Origin: Klebsormidium nitens
Lineage: Eukaryota; Plantae; Klebsormidiophyceae
Assembly: GCA_000708835.1 (NCBI GenBank)
Contig: DF237334.1
Coordinates: 25,316 to 89,315, forward strand
DNA length: 64,000 nucleotides
Direction: 5' to 3'
Position 1 is the stretch's first letter; every line of letters begins with the position of its first letter. Position numbers and translations under genes: made by a program. Shown in pieces: positions 44,401 through 55,335 of the stretch. The notes under the pieces were generated by a model. It searched no databases, had not been told where the DNA came from, and saw only the letters and a program-made list of their open reading frames with translations.

Positions 44401-47400
44401 TTCAGACGACCGCGAAGGCGCTCACCGCTTTCGTGTCGTGCGCCACGGGCGTGACGCTCATATACGTCATCCCGGAGCTGCTGTCACTGAAAGTGCGCGA
44501 GCTGTTTCTGCGGACGAAGGCCGCCGAGTTGGACCGCGAGATGGGCATCATTCGGACGCAGGAGGAGGCGAACCGGAGCGTGCGCATGCTGACGCACGAG
44601 ATCAGGTGGGGGGGTGACACGTGGCTGCAATTGTGTCGATTGTGCAGGGAGGGACAGACGTAGTTTGCCCGAATTGGAGGAGGTCTTATTGATGGATCTC
44701 TGCCAGAGGCCGAAAAAGAGCGCGGTCATGGTTTGCAAGGTTGTCAGAGGAAATGTATTCGTTCATAGCAAGGTGCGAAAGGGCTTTAGATAGGATTCTC
44801 GACGAATTTGGAGTGGGGCATTCGGGGTTGCAAATTCGAACACTGTAACGGACGGCTGTATCTAGGCACTTCAATTCTAGACATTCGAAGGTTCTGCAGA
44901 GGACAGCTTCTCAGTACTCGTTAGCTTAAGGTACCATCTTTCGCCCGTCGTGTGCAAAGTATTTTCTCGCCCCTACACGATTCAACTTTCTCCATTATCG
45001 ATGGGCGTCTCGCCCCTACACGATTCAACTTTCTCCATTATCGTTGGGCCTGCTCGGCCTACACGGCATTCTCAAAGGAACTGCGGGAACGTCCTTGTAG
45101 ACGATTGCTTGAGAAGAGGGGAACGACCCCAGATTCAATGTAAACGAAGGTGATCATAAGATCTTCACCGAACTTTCGGCTCTTTTCTCCCAGGTCGACC
45201 CTGGACCGGCACACCATTCTGCGCACCACTCTAGTTGAGCTGGCGCGCACGCTGGGCCTGGAGAACTGCACCATCTGGATGCCCAGCTGCAACGGCCGCA
45301 TGCTGGAGCTCACGCACGAGCTCGAGCGCCGCCTCGTGAACGTGCCCACTCTAGTTTCCGTCACCGACCCCACGGTCCTGCAGGTGGTCAACACGCGGAG
45401 CGCGATCACGGTGCCGGCGAGCAGCGCGATCGGGGTGGCGAGCAGCAGGAAGGGCGTGCAGGGACAGGTGAGGGGCTGGAGACACTGCGGGAGTGGAGTG
45501 GCGGTCAGCGAAGCTTGAAACGGGCACACAAGTGGATGGATGGGGTCTGATCCAATAGGCGAGCTTCAGTTGGATCCGTTCTGGGTAGCGAAGATGTAGC
45601 ATATGGGGCACCGAGTCTTGATTGAAGTGGGTTGCCAAGCCGAAGCTCCAACTTTCACGTTCTGGGTAATAATTGGACCAGCGGTCGATGGCTGGTGATT
45701 GCGTACTTCGATTTTGATTAAATCGAAGTAGTCCTGGTGGCCCAAGGACTACTTTGGGCCACCGCTACGTGTTTGCCCATGCAGCAGAGCAAAATACGGT
45801 GCAAGATGCGCGCGCTCAATGTGAACATATAATCCCGTCGGGCAACAATTTCTGCTACAGCGGGGTCGGCTGCGTCCCACTCACGCCGCCATCAGCCATC
45901 GCTTTCTCTATCCATCAACGTTGACTTCCTGACGGAGGCCCCTCCTCTTGTCTCGCCGTCCGTCCTGGCCATCGTTGACAACTGTCAAGCTCATTCTTCT
46001 AACCGTTCCACTTTCCGCAGGACCTTGCCCCTGTTGCCGCCGTGCGCCTCCCCCTCCTCGAACTCGCCCACTTCAACGGCGAGGGACACTTCGCAGCCCA
46101 AGAAGAATCCTTCGCGCTCATGGTGCTGGTCCTCCCGAGCACGAGCGCCCGCGTGTGGCGACCACACGAACTAGAGATGGTGGAGTGTGTCGCCGACCAG
46201 GTGGCCGTCGCGCTGAGCCACGCGGCCGTGCTCGAGGAGAGCCAGCGAGCGCGGCAGAAGCTGGTGGAGCAGAACGCGGCGCTAGATGCGGCGCGGCGGG
46301 AGGCGGAGTCGGCGATCCGGGCGCGGAACGACTTTCTGGCGGTGGGTGTTTAGTTCGAGTTTGCATTGCTGGCTTCCAGCCACGGCTGAGATCTACAAAT
46401 CAGAATCTGATTGAATCCATTTGCGGACACGGTCGTTGATAAAATGGCGTCCTGACTGTTTGTAGGAGGTGCAAAGGAGAGCTGCCCTTGCACATCGGAC
46501 AGTGGGGGTATCAAAGTGTTGTTGCCTCGCTCGGTCGCCCTCCCTCCGTTTGTAGATTTTGAGCCGGATGATTGGCGAGCGTGTTTGTTACTCCGTCTAG
46601 ATCCTGTTGGGCTGTATGACCGGGAGTCTGGATTGTTTGTCAGCCCAGCGCTTTTCCCTGGGACTTATCTCTATCATGGCCGTCTTCAGCACAGATACCA
46701 TTCTTCAGGATTGGCGAGTTCCGACACTTTGCAACCCATTTTTCCTCCCAGGTGATGAACCACGAGATGCGCACGCCGATGCACGCGGTGATCGCGCTCT
46801 CGTCGCTGCTGAACGAGACGGAGCTGAGCGAGGAGCAGCGCAGCATGGTGGACACCGTCGTCAAGAGCGGCACCGTCCTCTCCACGCTCATCAACGATGT
46901 CCTCGACTTCTCGCGCCTCGAGGACGGCAGGTGCGCGCGCGCTCTCCAGCGGCTCTTTCTGTTGGGCTGTTTTCTTGCTCTTGGTGAAGGATAAGTCGCC
47001 TCGAAGACCGGCACTTGCGCCGCCTTTCTGGCGGCCCCTTGTTTGTTGAGCTCTTTACTGCTCTTTGTTCGGTTGTCCCGCCTCGAGGGCGGCAGGTGCG
47101 CGCTCGCTTTTTGGTTGGGCTGATTCCTTCCTGGCGCCAGAGCTAGCAGTCTCGAGGCCCGCAACTGCGCGATTGCGCTGCTTTTGGGCTGGCTCCTAAC
47201 CAAAAAGTTTAGCACGCACGGCCTTTGCGGAACCAGAATTGAAGGAGTCCTGGCGCGCAACCCGTCGACACATAGAGTAAGTCGCAAATAATCCCCAACT
47301 TTACTCGCTTTGCAGTCTGGCCCTCGACCCTCGGCCGTTTGAGCTGCACACCGTGTTGCGAGAGGCGGAAAACTTAGCGGGCCCGATGGCGCGAGCGAAG

Positions 47401-50400
47401 AACCTCAACCTGAGCGTGCACATAGACAAGGACGTGCCGGCATGCGTGGTGGGTGATGACAAGCGGCTGCTGCAGACGCTGCTCAACCTAGTTGGGAACG
47501 GGGTGAGTGAAACGGATTGGATTTGAGAGTGTTCAAACCATCTGATCACAGCTATAGGAACATTGGGTCAATGATAAGCGGCCGCTCCAGACGCTGCTCG
47601 ACCTAGTTGGGAACGGGGTGAGTACGACGGGTTCTCCTACGAGTGCTTTGACCATCCGAACAGACAGAAAGGACTGTTGGGACAATGAATGATAAGGGGG
47701 TGCTGCAGATGTCTCTCATCCTGGTTGGAAACGGGGCGCGTACGGCGCGTTCACCTAGGTCTCCAAGAAGGCCGGTGAGGATATCAAGAGTTGGGTCAAC
47801 TTCAAAGAAATCTTCCGATGATGTGTGGTTGACCTTTTCCTCGTTTCACTTGGTCCCCTTTCCACAGCTTTTGATGAGAACGTACCGTGAAGTGGCCTCC
47901 GCTGAAGCCCGTCCTTTGGTCGATTTGACCAGGCGGCCCTGACTAGTTCCTCAACCGCTCGCTGGGTCTACGGAGAAGGGCTCCGTGCGCTCGAACGTCT
48001 CGGTGGAACACCCTGGGCGGAACCCGCCCCAGTAAGAACTTGGCGAATCTGCCCTAAGTTGCCCTCAACTGTATCCAACCGCAGGTCAAAACCACTGAAA
48101 AGGGCTAAGTGCGCTCAGATGCCTCGGTAGAACGTCCTGGGCAAGAAGCCGACCCACATTGTCAATCTGACGATACGTTCCTCAACTGCAGGTTAAGTTC
48201 ACGGAGAAGGGTTCGGTGCGTTTAAGTATCTCGGTGGAACGACCCGGGCGGAAACGGGATTTAATGGTCAATCTGACAAATTTAACCGAAGTCGCCCTCA
48301 AAACCCGTTCCTTAACTGCAGGTCAAATTTACGGAAAAGGGTTCGGTGCGTCTAAGCGTCTCGGTAGAGCGCCCCGGGCGAAAACCGGACCCGGGGGAGC
48401 CCGCATGGCAACCACGGCACGAGGGGGGCAGCATTTACGTACGCATAAGCGTGCAGGATACGGGGCTGGGGATCCGGCCATCGGATATCCCCAAGCTCTT
48501 CAAAAAGTTCGTGCAAGCGGATAGTACCACGACGCGCAACTACGGGGGCACGGGGCTGGGGCTCGCGATTTGTCAGAAGTTTGTCGAGGTACGTGCTTCG
48601 TTGACGACAGGTCTTGTTTGAGTTGTTGGCACTTGTCAAGTCGGCGCGAGGTTCTCAGCTGTCCGTGATGCTCGCTAGGGGGGTCTGTCGGGCTTCTCTT
48701 GGTCATACTAAGCCTTGGGCTTTGTCTTTCCTTACTGCGACAGTGTCAACTCCTTACATGTCCTGAATTAGATGCAAGTCTGTTCTTGGTTTCCCTCGTT
48801 TCGGCAAATTTCTTTTTCTGTACGCCTCATGTTGCTTCTGAAACCCTCTTTGCTTTGAAGAAGCCACATTTTCGGCCGGATAAACGCCTCCCGTCATACA
48901 TCGCTTCCACATGTTGCAAGGGCATGTGTCACGGCTCCATATCCTATCACCTGCATCTATTCGACCCAGCGATCCTGTCGTTTTCCCAGTTGATGCAAGG
49001 CCAGATATGGATACGGAGCGACGGCATCGGAAAGGGCGCCACGACGACCATGGTTGTGCGCCTCGGGTTGCAGCCGCTAAGTCCGCTGGTGGCCAACACT
49101 AGTGGGGAGCGCGCGAGCACGACCGCACACGAGGCGGCCGCGCTGGTCGGGTTGCGGGTGAGCGCTCTCAAAATATCCGAGGCCGCGGGACGGACGCTCC
49201 GGAAAAGTTTCGCGACAGACAAGCAAGTCAAAACCGCGCAGAATTTCGAACCCACGTCGGGGTTCGTGGATTAGTCATCTTCTGTACTCCTGGCAAAGCG
49301 TAGTTTATCTTCGAGGCAACGATCTTCACATGTGACACTGACCCTTGCTGCGAGGTCGTGGTAGTAGACGAGATAATGTCAATTGGCATTGTGACAAAGC
49401 GACTGCCAAAAATGCCTCACAAGTCTATAAGCAAAGACTACTTCATGCCCTGGCAGTCCGCCCCAAGTCACAAACGCGCTCCTGTCGCTGCAGGAATTGG
49501 TAACGGACGACAAGTCCAAGCACCGCAGCATTTCGAAGCCGCTGCTGCACAACCCTTGTCCCGACTTGTTCTAAGAGCAGACTCTTCATTATCCGGCCAC
49601 TGTCCCTGTCAGAATCACGAATCAGACCCGCGACTTCTTCGCAGATACTGGTGACGGACGACAACTCGGTGAACCGCATCGTGACGCGGCGGCTGCTGGA
49701 CAAGCTAGGGTGCAAGACGACGCTGGCGGAATCCGGCGAGCGGTGCCTCACGGAACTGGCCAAGCCGGGGGCGGACTTCCAGATCCTGTTCCTAGACCTG
49801 TGCATGCCAATCATGGACGGCTACACGGTGGGCGCACTCCCCTCGCTCCAAATGACATCTGATGTTTCCTTCTAACCTGAATGTTCGGAGCCTACTTTCT
49901 TGAGGCACTTCGTCTCTGTTCTCCGCATGCAATCCACATTGCCTTTTTTCAGTGTGCGGGTTTCCGGAACGTTTGTCGTTCTTCCGGAACGGGTGAGCCG
50001 AATCTTTGCGAGCTTTAAACGGTGACTATCCGCTCTTTTGGCGATATCTGATCGCGTCCAACTAAGCGAACGCTTGACTTTCATCAACCGATTGAATTCA
50101 AAATAGTCCTCAAACTTCGCAGGAATGGGTGCGGCCTGGCAGTCGCAAAGCCTTATCAAAGGCAACCTGTGTTTCCTATATCCGTTAATTGGCTGTCTCT
50201 ACGCTCATGCATCTCCGTAGGTCAATGAGCGGATACGCGAGCGCTACCCGCCCGGCAAGCGGCCGCTCATCATAGCGCTGACGGCCAACACGGACAAGAA
50301 GACGCGCGACCAATGCCTGCACCAGGGGATGGACGGAATCGTCCTCAAGCCCATCACGCTCAATGAGTTGCGTGACGTCATGTGCGCTCTGTTTGCGAAC

Positions 50401-50454
50401 TCCGCGGGTTTCACGCGGTTACCGGCCGAAGGGTACGGGTTCAAGAACATTTAG
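41494..50454 (+). CDS. ETR: Ethylene receptor (ethylene-binding TM domain, GAF, His kinase, receiver), 11 exons, about 796 aa
   Basis: Exons 41494-41634, 43600-43783, 44353-44605, 45194-45467, 46021-46341, 46752-46930, 47316-47502, 48322-48588, 48990-49157, 49645-49827, 50221-50454; 2391 nt, phases consistent. Motifs: [13 protein letters not shown] and [12 protein letters not shown] (Cu/ethylene-binding D, Y, C, H), [14 protein letters not shown] (H box), [14 protein letters not shown] (N), VQDTGLGI (G1), LFKKFVQAD (F), [10 protein letters not shown] (G2), [12 protein letters not shown] (receiver Asp), IIALTAN, KPI. Confidence 0.95.
44965..45050 (+). repeat. 43-bp tandem duplication in ethylene-receptor intron 3
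   Basis: tctcgcccctacacgattcaactttctccattatcg occurs at 44965 and at 45008. Confidence 0.9.
46913..47135 (+). repeat. Three copies (about 83 bp) spanning the ETR exon-6 donor
   Basis: cgcctcgaggacggcag|gtgcgc (functional donor 46931), tcgcctcgaagaccggcacttgcg (about 46997), cgcctcgagggcggcag|gtgcgc (donor 47096). Confidence 0.8.
47458..47745 (+). repeat. Three copies (about 116 bp) spanning the ETR exon-7 donor
   Basis: gacaagcggctgctgcagacgctgctcaacctagttgggaacggg|gtgagt (donor 47503), gataagcggccgctccagacgctgctcgacctagttgggaacggg|gtgagt (donor 47618), gataagggggtgctgcagatgtctctcatcctggttggaaacggggcgcg (47691). Confidence 0.9.
47945..48385 (+). repeat. Four copies (about 107-130 bp) spanning the ETR exon-8 acceptor
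   Basis: Units encoding or decayed from [21 protein letters not shown] start at about 47960, 48085, 48192 and 48322. The last three are preceded by YGCAG acceptors. Confidence 0.9.
49345..49710 (+). repeat. Three copies spanning the ETR exon-10 acceptor
   Basis: Translations [19 protein letters not shown] (49355), [20 protein letters not shown] (49494, after ctgcag) and functional [20 protein letters not shown] (49645). Confidence 0.75.
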
Positions 50455-52022
50455 TGGGGACAGTCAAAACGCATGGTTGGAAAACGCGGATCAAACACAC
50501 ATTTACTGGTACGGTCGTTGCTTCCGTGCAAAGTTCGTGCGGGTGCATCAACCGATCAGAGAAGGAATAAGAGGGTGTGAGCAACACGATTCCGGTGTGC
50601 GTTCTCCAATTGTTTTCTTCAGTCAAGTGGCCGCCGGCGCGCGCGCCTTGCTTAGAACTCGCGGCGGCGCTCGCCGCTAGGTGTTTTCTTGTTTCGAGGA
50701 CTGAGGGTAGGCGGGTGTGGGAGTGCGGGGCTCGAAAGTTGGGTGGAAGTGTTGTGAATTCGAAGCATGCAAAGAACCGTAGAAGTCGGATACGAGTCAC
50801 GTGATCAGCCTTCAAACGTAGAAGCGACGAGCATATAGAGGATATTTGGCACAAAGACACGCTTGGATCCAAACAACTGCGACGTCGAACAGATTGGCTG
50901 GAACATTAAGCTAGAGCTAGGCATACGAGATCCTCGGATCCGAACACAGCGTATGACTACGCTCTTGTGTCAAGCTCCAAAGGCGACGAGACTTTTGCTA
51001 GTTGTACACAGAGATTGACTGTAGAATACGGTAATTGATTTGTCATGCGCAGGAGATTAGCTAGTCAAGATAGTCAGGCGGCATAATACTCTGAAAGGCC
51101 TTCGTCTCAACATCGGAGTCAAGATGTGATAGACGTGACCGGTGCGTGCGACTTGACGAAAGACTCGTTCTGCAATCGCCTAGTAGGATGAAGATGCGAA
51201 CTTAGCTGCCAGGAAACGAGTGTAAAGACTACTGGATTGGCGCATTTTCAAGAAGTCACATGCTGGCGCGTGTGCTGGCATGATTTCTCTATGACAGCTT
51301 CGATCATTTAAGGATGCTTAGTGTGCATTCTGCACCTGCTGGGCTGGCTGGCATCGGCTGCATGATCATGATCATGGGCTAGCTATGCTTGTTCTTAGTT
51401 CATTCATTGAAATGGCACGGATCTTCAATATCGAGCTAGCCGCCGATCTGCAATTTAAGTTGCAACCGTTGGACCGTCGCGGTCACGTGCATGGAAACAT
51501 CAATGGCAAGTCGCGATCACATCATGGTTTATCATCTGTCACTGCATCATGCATGTCGTACCTTACTGGCTATGTGGGATCCGTCTATAACCAACACCGT
51601 ACAGACGACTTTGTCGGCTCCGTCCTGAAGCCCTTGCAGAAAATTATGAAGTTGCAAGACAGCAAACTTTTGGAAGTGCACCTCTTCCGAGCTTCGTCCA
51701 AGAGCTCAGCTAGCAACTTGGCATGCACGGAGGCACTGCAATCTTAGCTTGCGAGCTTGGTCGCAAATCGCCGCAATTTGCTGCAAATCATAACCTGGCC
51801 CGAACTCGCTCAGCAACTCAGGCGGCAACCTTCATGTTTGCTTGATAATCTCATTCTGCTCGGCCAGCTTTTGCTTAAGCATTTAGGTACACAAGCTCGT
51901 AAAGAATTAGACGCATCTGTTATTCCTCGATTGTCCCAGCCTTCACTCGGACTCGATGATTTCCGTTTGCTCGGCCAGCTTATGCGTGTTGGTTATGTAC
52001 ACTGGCTCGTGAAGGACCAGAC

Positions 52023-54463
52023 TCATCTGTTGCTCCTCAACCGCCAATCGTCGTCTATTAACGTTTCCAGAAGCGACGTGCCGGTCACCAGCTTCGTCGT
52101 AGCGACCAAGAAGTCGTGTTTTGAATCCTCCTGCAAAAGGAATGAACTCGGGTCGGTTTCTAAAAGTGAGCCTCATGACGAACTGCGAAATGAATTACCC
52201 CCTCAAAGAATGATGGAGACAAGCAAATGTCACCCCTTGACATCTTGGCATGTTCGACACTACGTATGCAGTTCAATTGAGGACTCTTTGACGCATTCAC
52301 AAAGCAGCATCTTCCGCAAAGCGGGCGAGCAATCAGTGCACATGCGGTCTAACAAGATGACCAGAGCTCCTGCGACATTCCACGACTTCACTGCTCGCCA
52401 GTGCCTGAACACGGATCCCAAGATTGTCCAATTCTGAAGCAATCTCATGCTCAGCAAACGGTGCGCTGCTAAAAGGCCGTTGCTCGCAAATCCGACCGCT
52501 CACCTGTCCGCTCAGAAAGCGCAGCACGGAGGTCTCCGCTGACGTCACCCCGCCCAAGAAGACCACGAGCACGAGCGACCGCTGACCGTCGGGCCTGCAC
52601 GGCGAAGAGAAAGAGATCCGCTCCTAGTCCTTATTTAGAGAGGCCAGATGGCAGTGTGTCTGAAGACGCACCCGCTGGGAGGATTCATTGAAGAAGCAGA
52701 AAGCCAAGCGTGCGGCATACAGCGTCTCGCACTGCAAAGCGCGGTTTTCAGGCTGGGAGGCGCGTTATCTTAAGTCGCTGTGGTCGAGAGATCGCCCGGG
52801 GCCCGTTTGGGGAGCTCGGTTCGATCGTTCTGACGTGGACCAGTGGGGTGCCGCCACGTGGCATTAATGAGAGGGGCCGTAGCTCACCTGTCTCCGCTGA
52901 CGCTCTGGCCTTCGTGCTCCACCGGCGTTCCGTCTGCGTCTAGCGCCTGAAGGAAAGGCAAACAGGTGTGAGGGACTATCAGCATTATATACGTTGCGCT
53001 GCAAAGACCGAGCAGAGCTCAATATTGTTCTATTGTGCCCACCAAGGTCGTTGGACGTTACAAGCGTTTTGCAGAATGCCAGAGCCTCCTCAGCCTTTCC
53101 TAAGTACCAGGACGCAAAGCTTGACTGAACGAACGCAAGCCTCGCTGATCCGAGCACCCTCCTGCAGCATTCATCTCTCCTAGATACTCTCTTCTACTCA
53201 AACATCCTCCTCCGGTCTCCTCTCTCTCGCTCTCTCGTTTTCGCGTCACTTTTGCAACTGGGATCTGCAACTCTCCGTCCGAAGCCCACCAGCATAAATC
53301 AGCCGAAACTAGCGCGGGTTCGAGCAACCTACCTGTATCTTTTCGAAGTGTGGCCCGGGTAACGATCTGAGGAGCTCATCCATACTTTTCCTGTGACGGG
53401 CGACGCGCTTTTAGTTGATACGGACAACGAACCCTTCGCTTGCCCTTTTAGGCTGAAAGGAGCCCGTCAATGATACATCAGGTGACCTTACAGACGCTCG
53501 CAGGGCGGCAATCGGAGAAAATGCTCTAGCGCTCAAGAGCCTAGTAGGTAGTGCTGGGATGGTCACAGAAAGGCCAGCGATGCGGGTTCTGGGTGTCAGA
53601 CCTGACGTTCCAGGAGCTTTTGAATCTGAAGGAGGGAGAAAGCGGGCAGTCGATAGCTCACCACCTATCTTGTAGCGCCTGTTGGATGAGCCGTATGCTG
53701 AGGGGCGCGTACCCCGAAAACGTGTACGAAATGTCCGTGGGACTGCAAAGCCTCAGCGAACCTATTACTCCGACAGGTCCAAGTTGACATGAAGCGTTGT
53801 ATGTGCTGGAAACTCACGAAAGAGCGCATCAGGAAAAGAACTCGTTGCTGACGCTTTCTAAATGGAAGTGGAATGTTGGTAAAATCACCTTGATCGGTCA
53901 AAACTTGTCTTCTTGCACTGTGCATGCCAAGTTCAACAGGATAAACACAGAAGGTAGTGCAGCATTATAACATGGTCCACATCTGATCGTTTCGGACGCA
54001 ATCGCAAAATCCTTACTTGGAATCGTCCTGGCCCTCGACCACCAATTTCAGAGTGCGCCGAACGGCGGGGTAGGTGTTCGATCCATCCTGCACAACGGAA
54101 CACGGGACGGAAGGACTGAGCTGATGACTCAAAGACGCAATTCGGCGACAGCTTCCGTCTCAAGATATGCAGAGCGGTCGCCTCTACCCTTCGCTGGCTG
54201 CACCTTGAGGATAGCCCGACCTCGACAAAGAGTTGATAGGAGATGGCAAAACGCACCAGCTGTCAGCGCATGTGGTGAGGCGACTCTATGTCACTCTCTG
54301 TTTCAGCTTTGGAGACTCAGAATCCCTACAAGACTCGAAGTCCTTCATCTCAATAAGCAAGATCTGCCCTTCTTTACTTAGCCAGCTGTGGGCTCACATG
54401 TCTTCGCAGCAGGCCCGCCTTTTCCAGGTTGTTCAAGGTGAAAGTGTACTCGAAGCCGTGACT
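52023..54463 (-). CDS. VPS33: 3' seven exons (178 codons) of a VPS33-like Sec1/Munc18 gene; 5' part not found in the window (partial gene or pseudogene)
   Basis: Exons (minus) 54463-54398, 54087-54017, 53742-53662, 53390-53333, 52946-52888, 52594-52504, 52130-52023, all GT-AG and in phase. Spliced product: SHGFEYTFTLNNLEKAGLLRRH-DGSNTYPAVRRTLKLVVEGQDDSNPTDISYTFSGYAPLSIRLIQQALQDRWKSMDELLRSLPGPHFEKIQ...DGQRSLVLVVFLGGVTSAETSVLRFLSGQEDSKHDFLVATTKLVTGTSLLETL. This matches the plant VPS33 C-terminus as I recall it (GYAPLSIRL, LPGPH, LVVFIGGVTFAEISALR, VATTK). Confidence 0.85.
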
Positions 54464-54544
54464 CTGCAGGCGATACTGCAGTGTACTCGAAGCCGTAGCT
54501 CTGCAGGCAATCGGTCTGGCGAACCGTCGGATCCGGACCCCACT

Positions 54545-55335
54545 TCCGATGTGTGGCCGTCCGCGGGCCCCATCTCTGGTACTTGGCCGCCCGTGGCCCC
54601 CTTGTCCGATGCGCAGCCGTAGGTGGCCCCCATGTCTTGTACGCTGCTGGCTGTGGTCCCCCGGTCCAGTGCGTGGCCGTCCGCAACCCCCCTTCCTGAT
54701 GACCCATTCCGGGCTGTGCGGCCGTCCGCAGCTCCCCCTTTTGCTATGCAGCCTTACGCGGCCCCCATGCCAAATGCGCAGCCGTCTGTAGGCCTCCCTC
54801 TCCGATGCACGGCCGTCCGCATCCCCCCTCTCGGAAGACCGCTGTCCGCTGCCACTTCTCCCGGTGCGCCGCCGTCCGTGGCCTCTCCTTCCAGTGCACA
54901 GTTGTCCGCAACTCCTTCTTCGGATGCGCGGTCGCTCGTGGCCGCGTTTGGTGCGTCCCTGTCCGCGGCTCCACCGTCTGGTGCACACGGCTGTCTGCAT
55001 ATGCCCCTGCCTGCGCGCCACCGGTCCGCCGCTCCCCTGTCCGTTGTAAAGCTGTCCGCGGGATGCCCCCGCTGACACGTCGCTGTCCGCAATCCGGTGC
55101 ACGGCTGTCCGCGAATGCCCCCGCTGGCGCGTTTCTGTCCGCAACTCCCTCGTCCAATGTGGGGCTGCTCGCGGACGCCCCCGCCGGTGCGTAGCTATCC
55201 GCAAATCCCCCGTCCGCTCCGCGGCTGTCCGCGGACGTCCTCTCCGGTGCGGGGTTGCCCGCGGCTCCCCTGCCCGGGGCTCGGCGGTCCGCGGACGCCC
55301 ACGGTGTCCGGCTGGCTGCAGCTCCCTCGTCCGGT
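54545..55335. repeat. GC-rich minisatellite, about 30-bp degenerate unit, roughly 25-27 copies
   Basis: Recurrent ggtgc(a/g)cggctgtccgc..cccc..cc units, e.g. ggtgcacggctgtccgcgaatgcccccgct and ggcgcgtttctgtccgcaactccctcgtcc. Confidence 0.85.

Noticed and set aside
51560-51690. Minus-strand VIDGSHI resembling the Harbinger transposase IDGTHI motif
   Set aside because: An isolated 6-residue match with no other DDE motifs in frame; likely chance.
51757-52437. 226-aa plus-strand ORF
   Set aside because: It overlaps the last VPS33 exon and its duplicated 3' UTR on the opposite strand; no homology recognised.
54545-55335. Possible CRISPR-like array
   Set aside because: The units are contiguous and degenerate with no unique spacers, there are no cas genes, and the context is eukaryotic.
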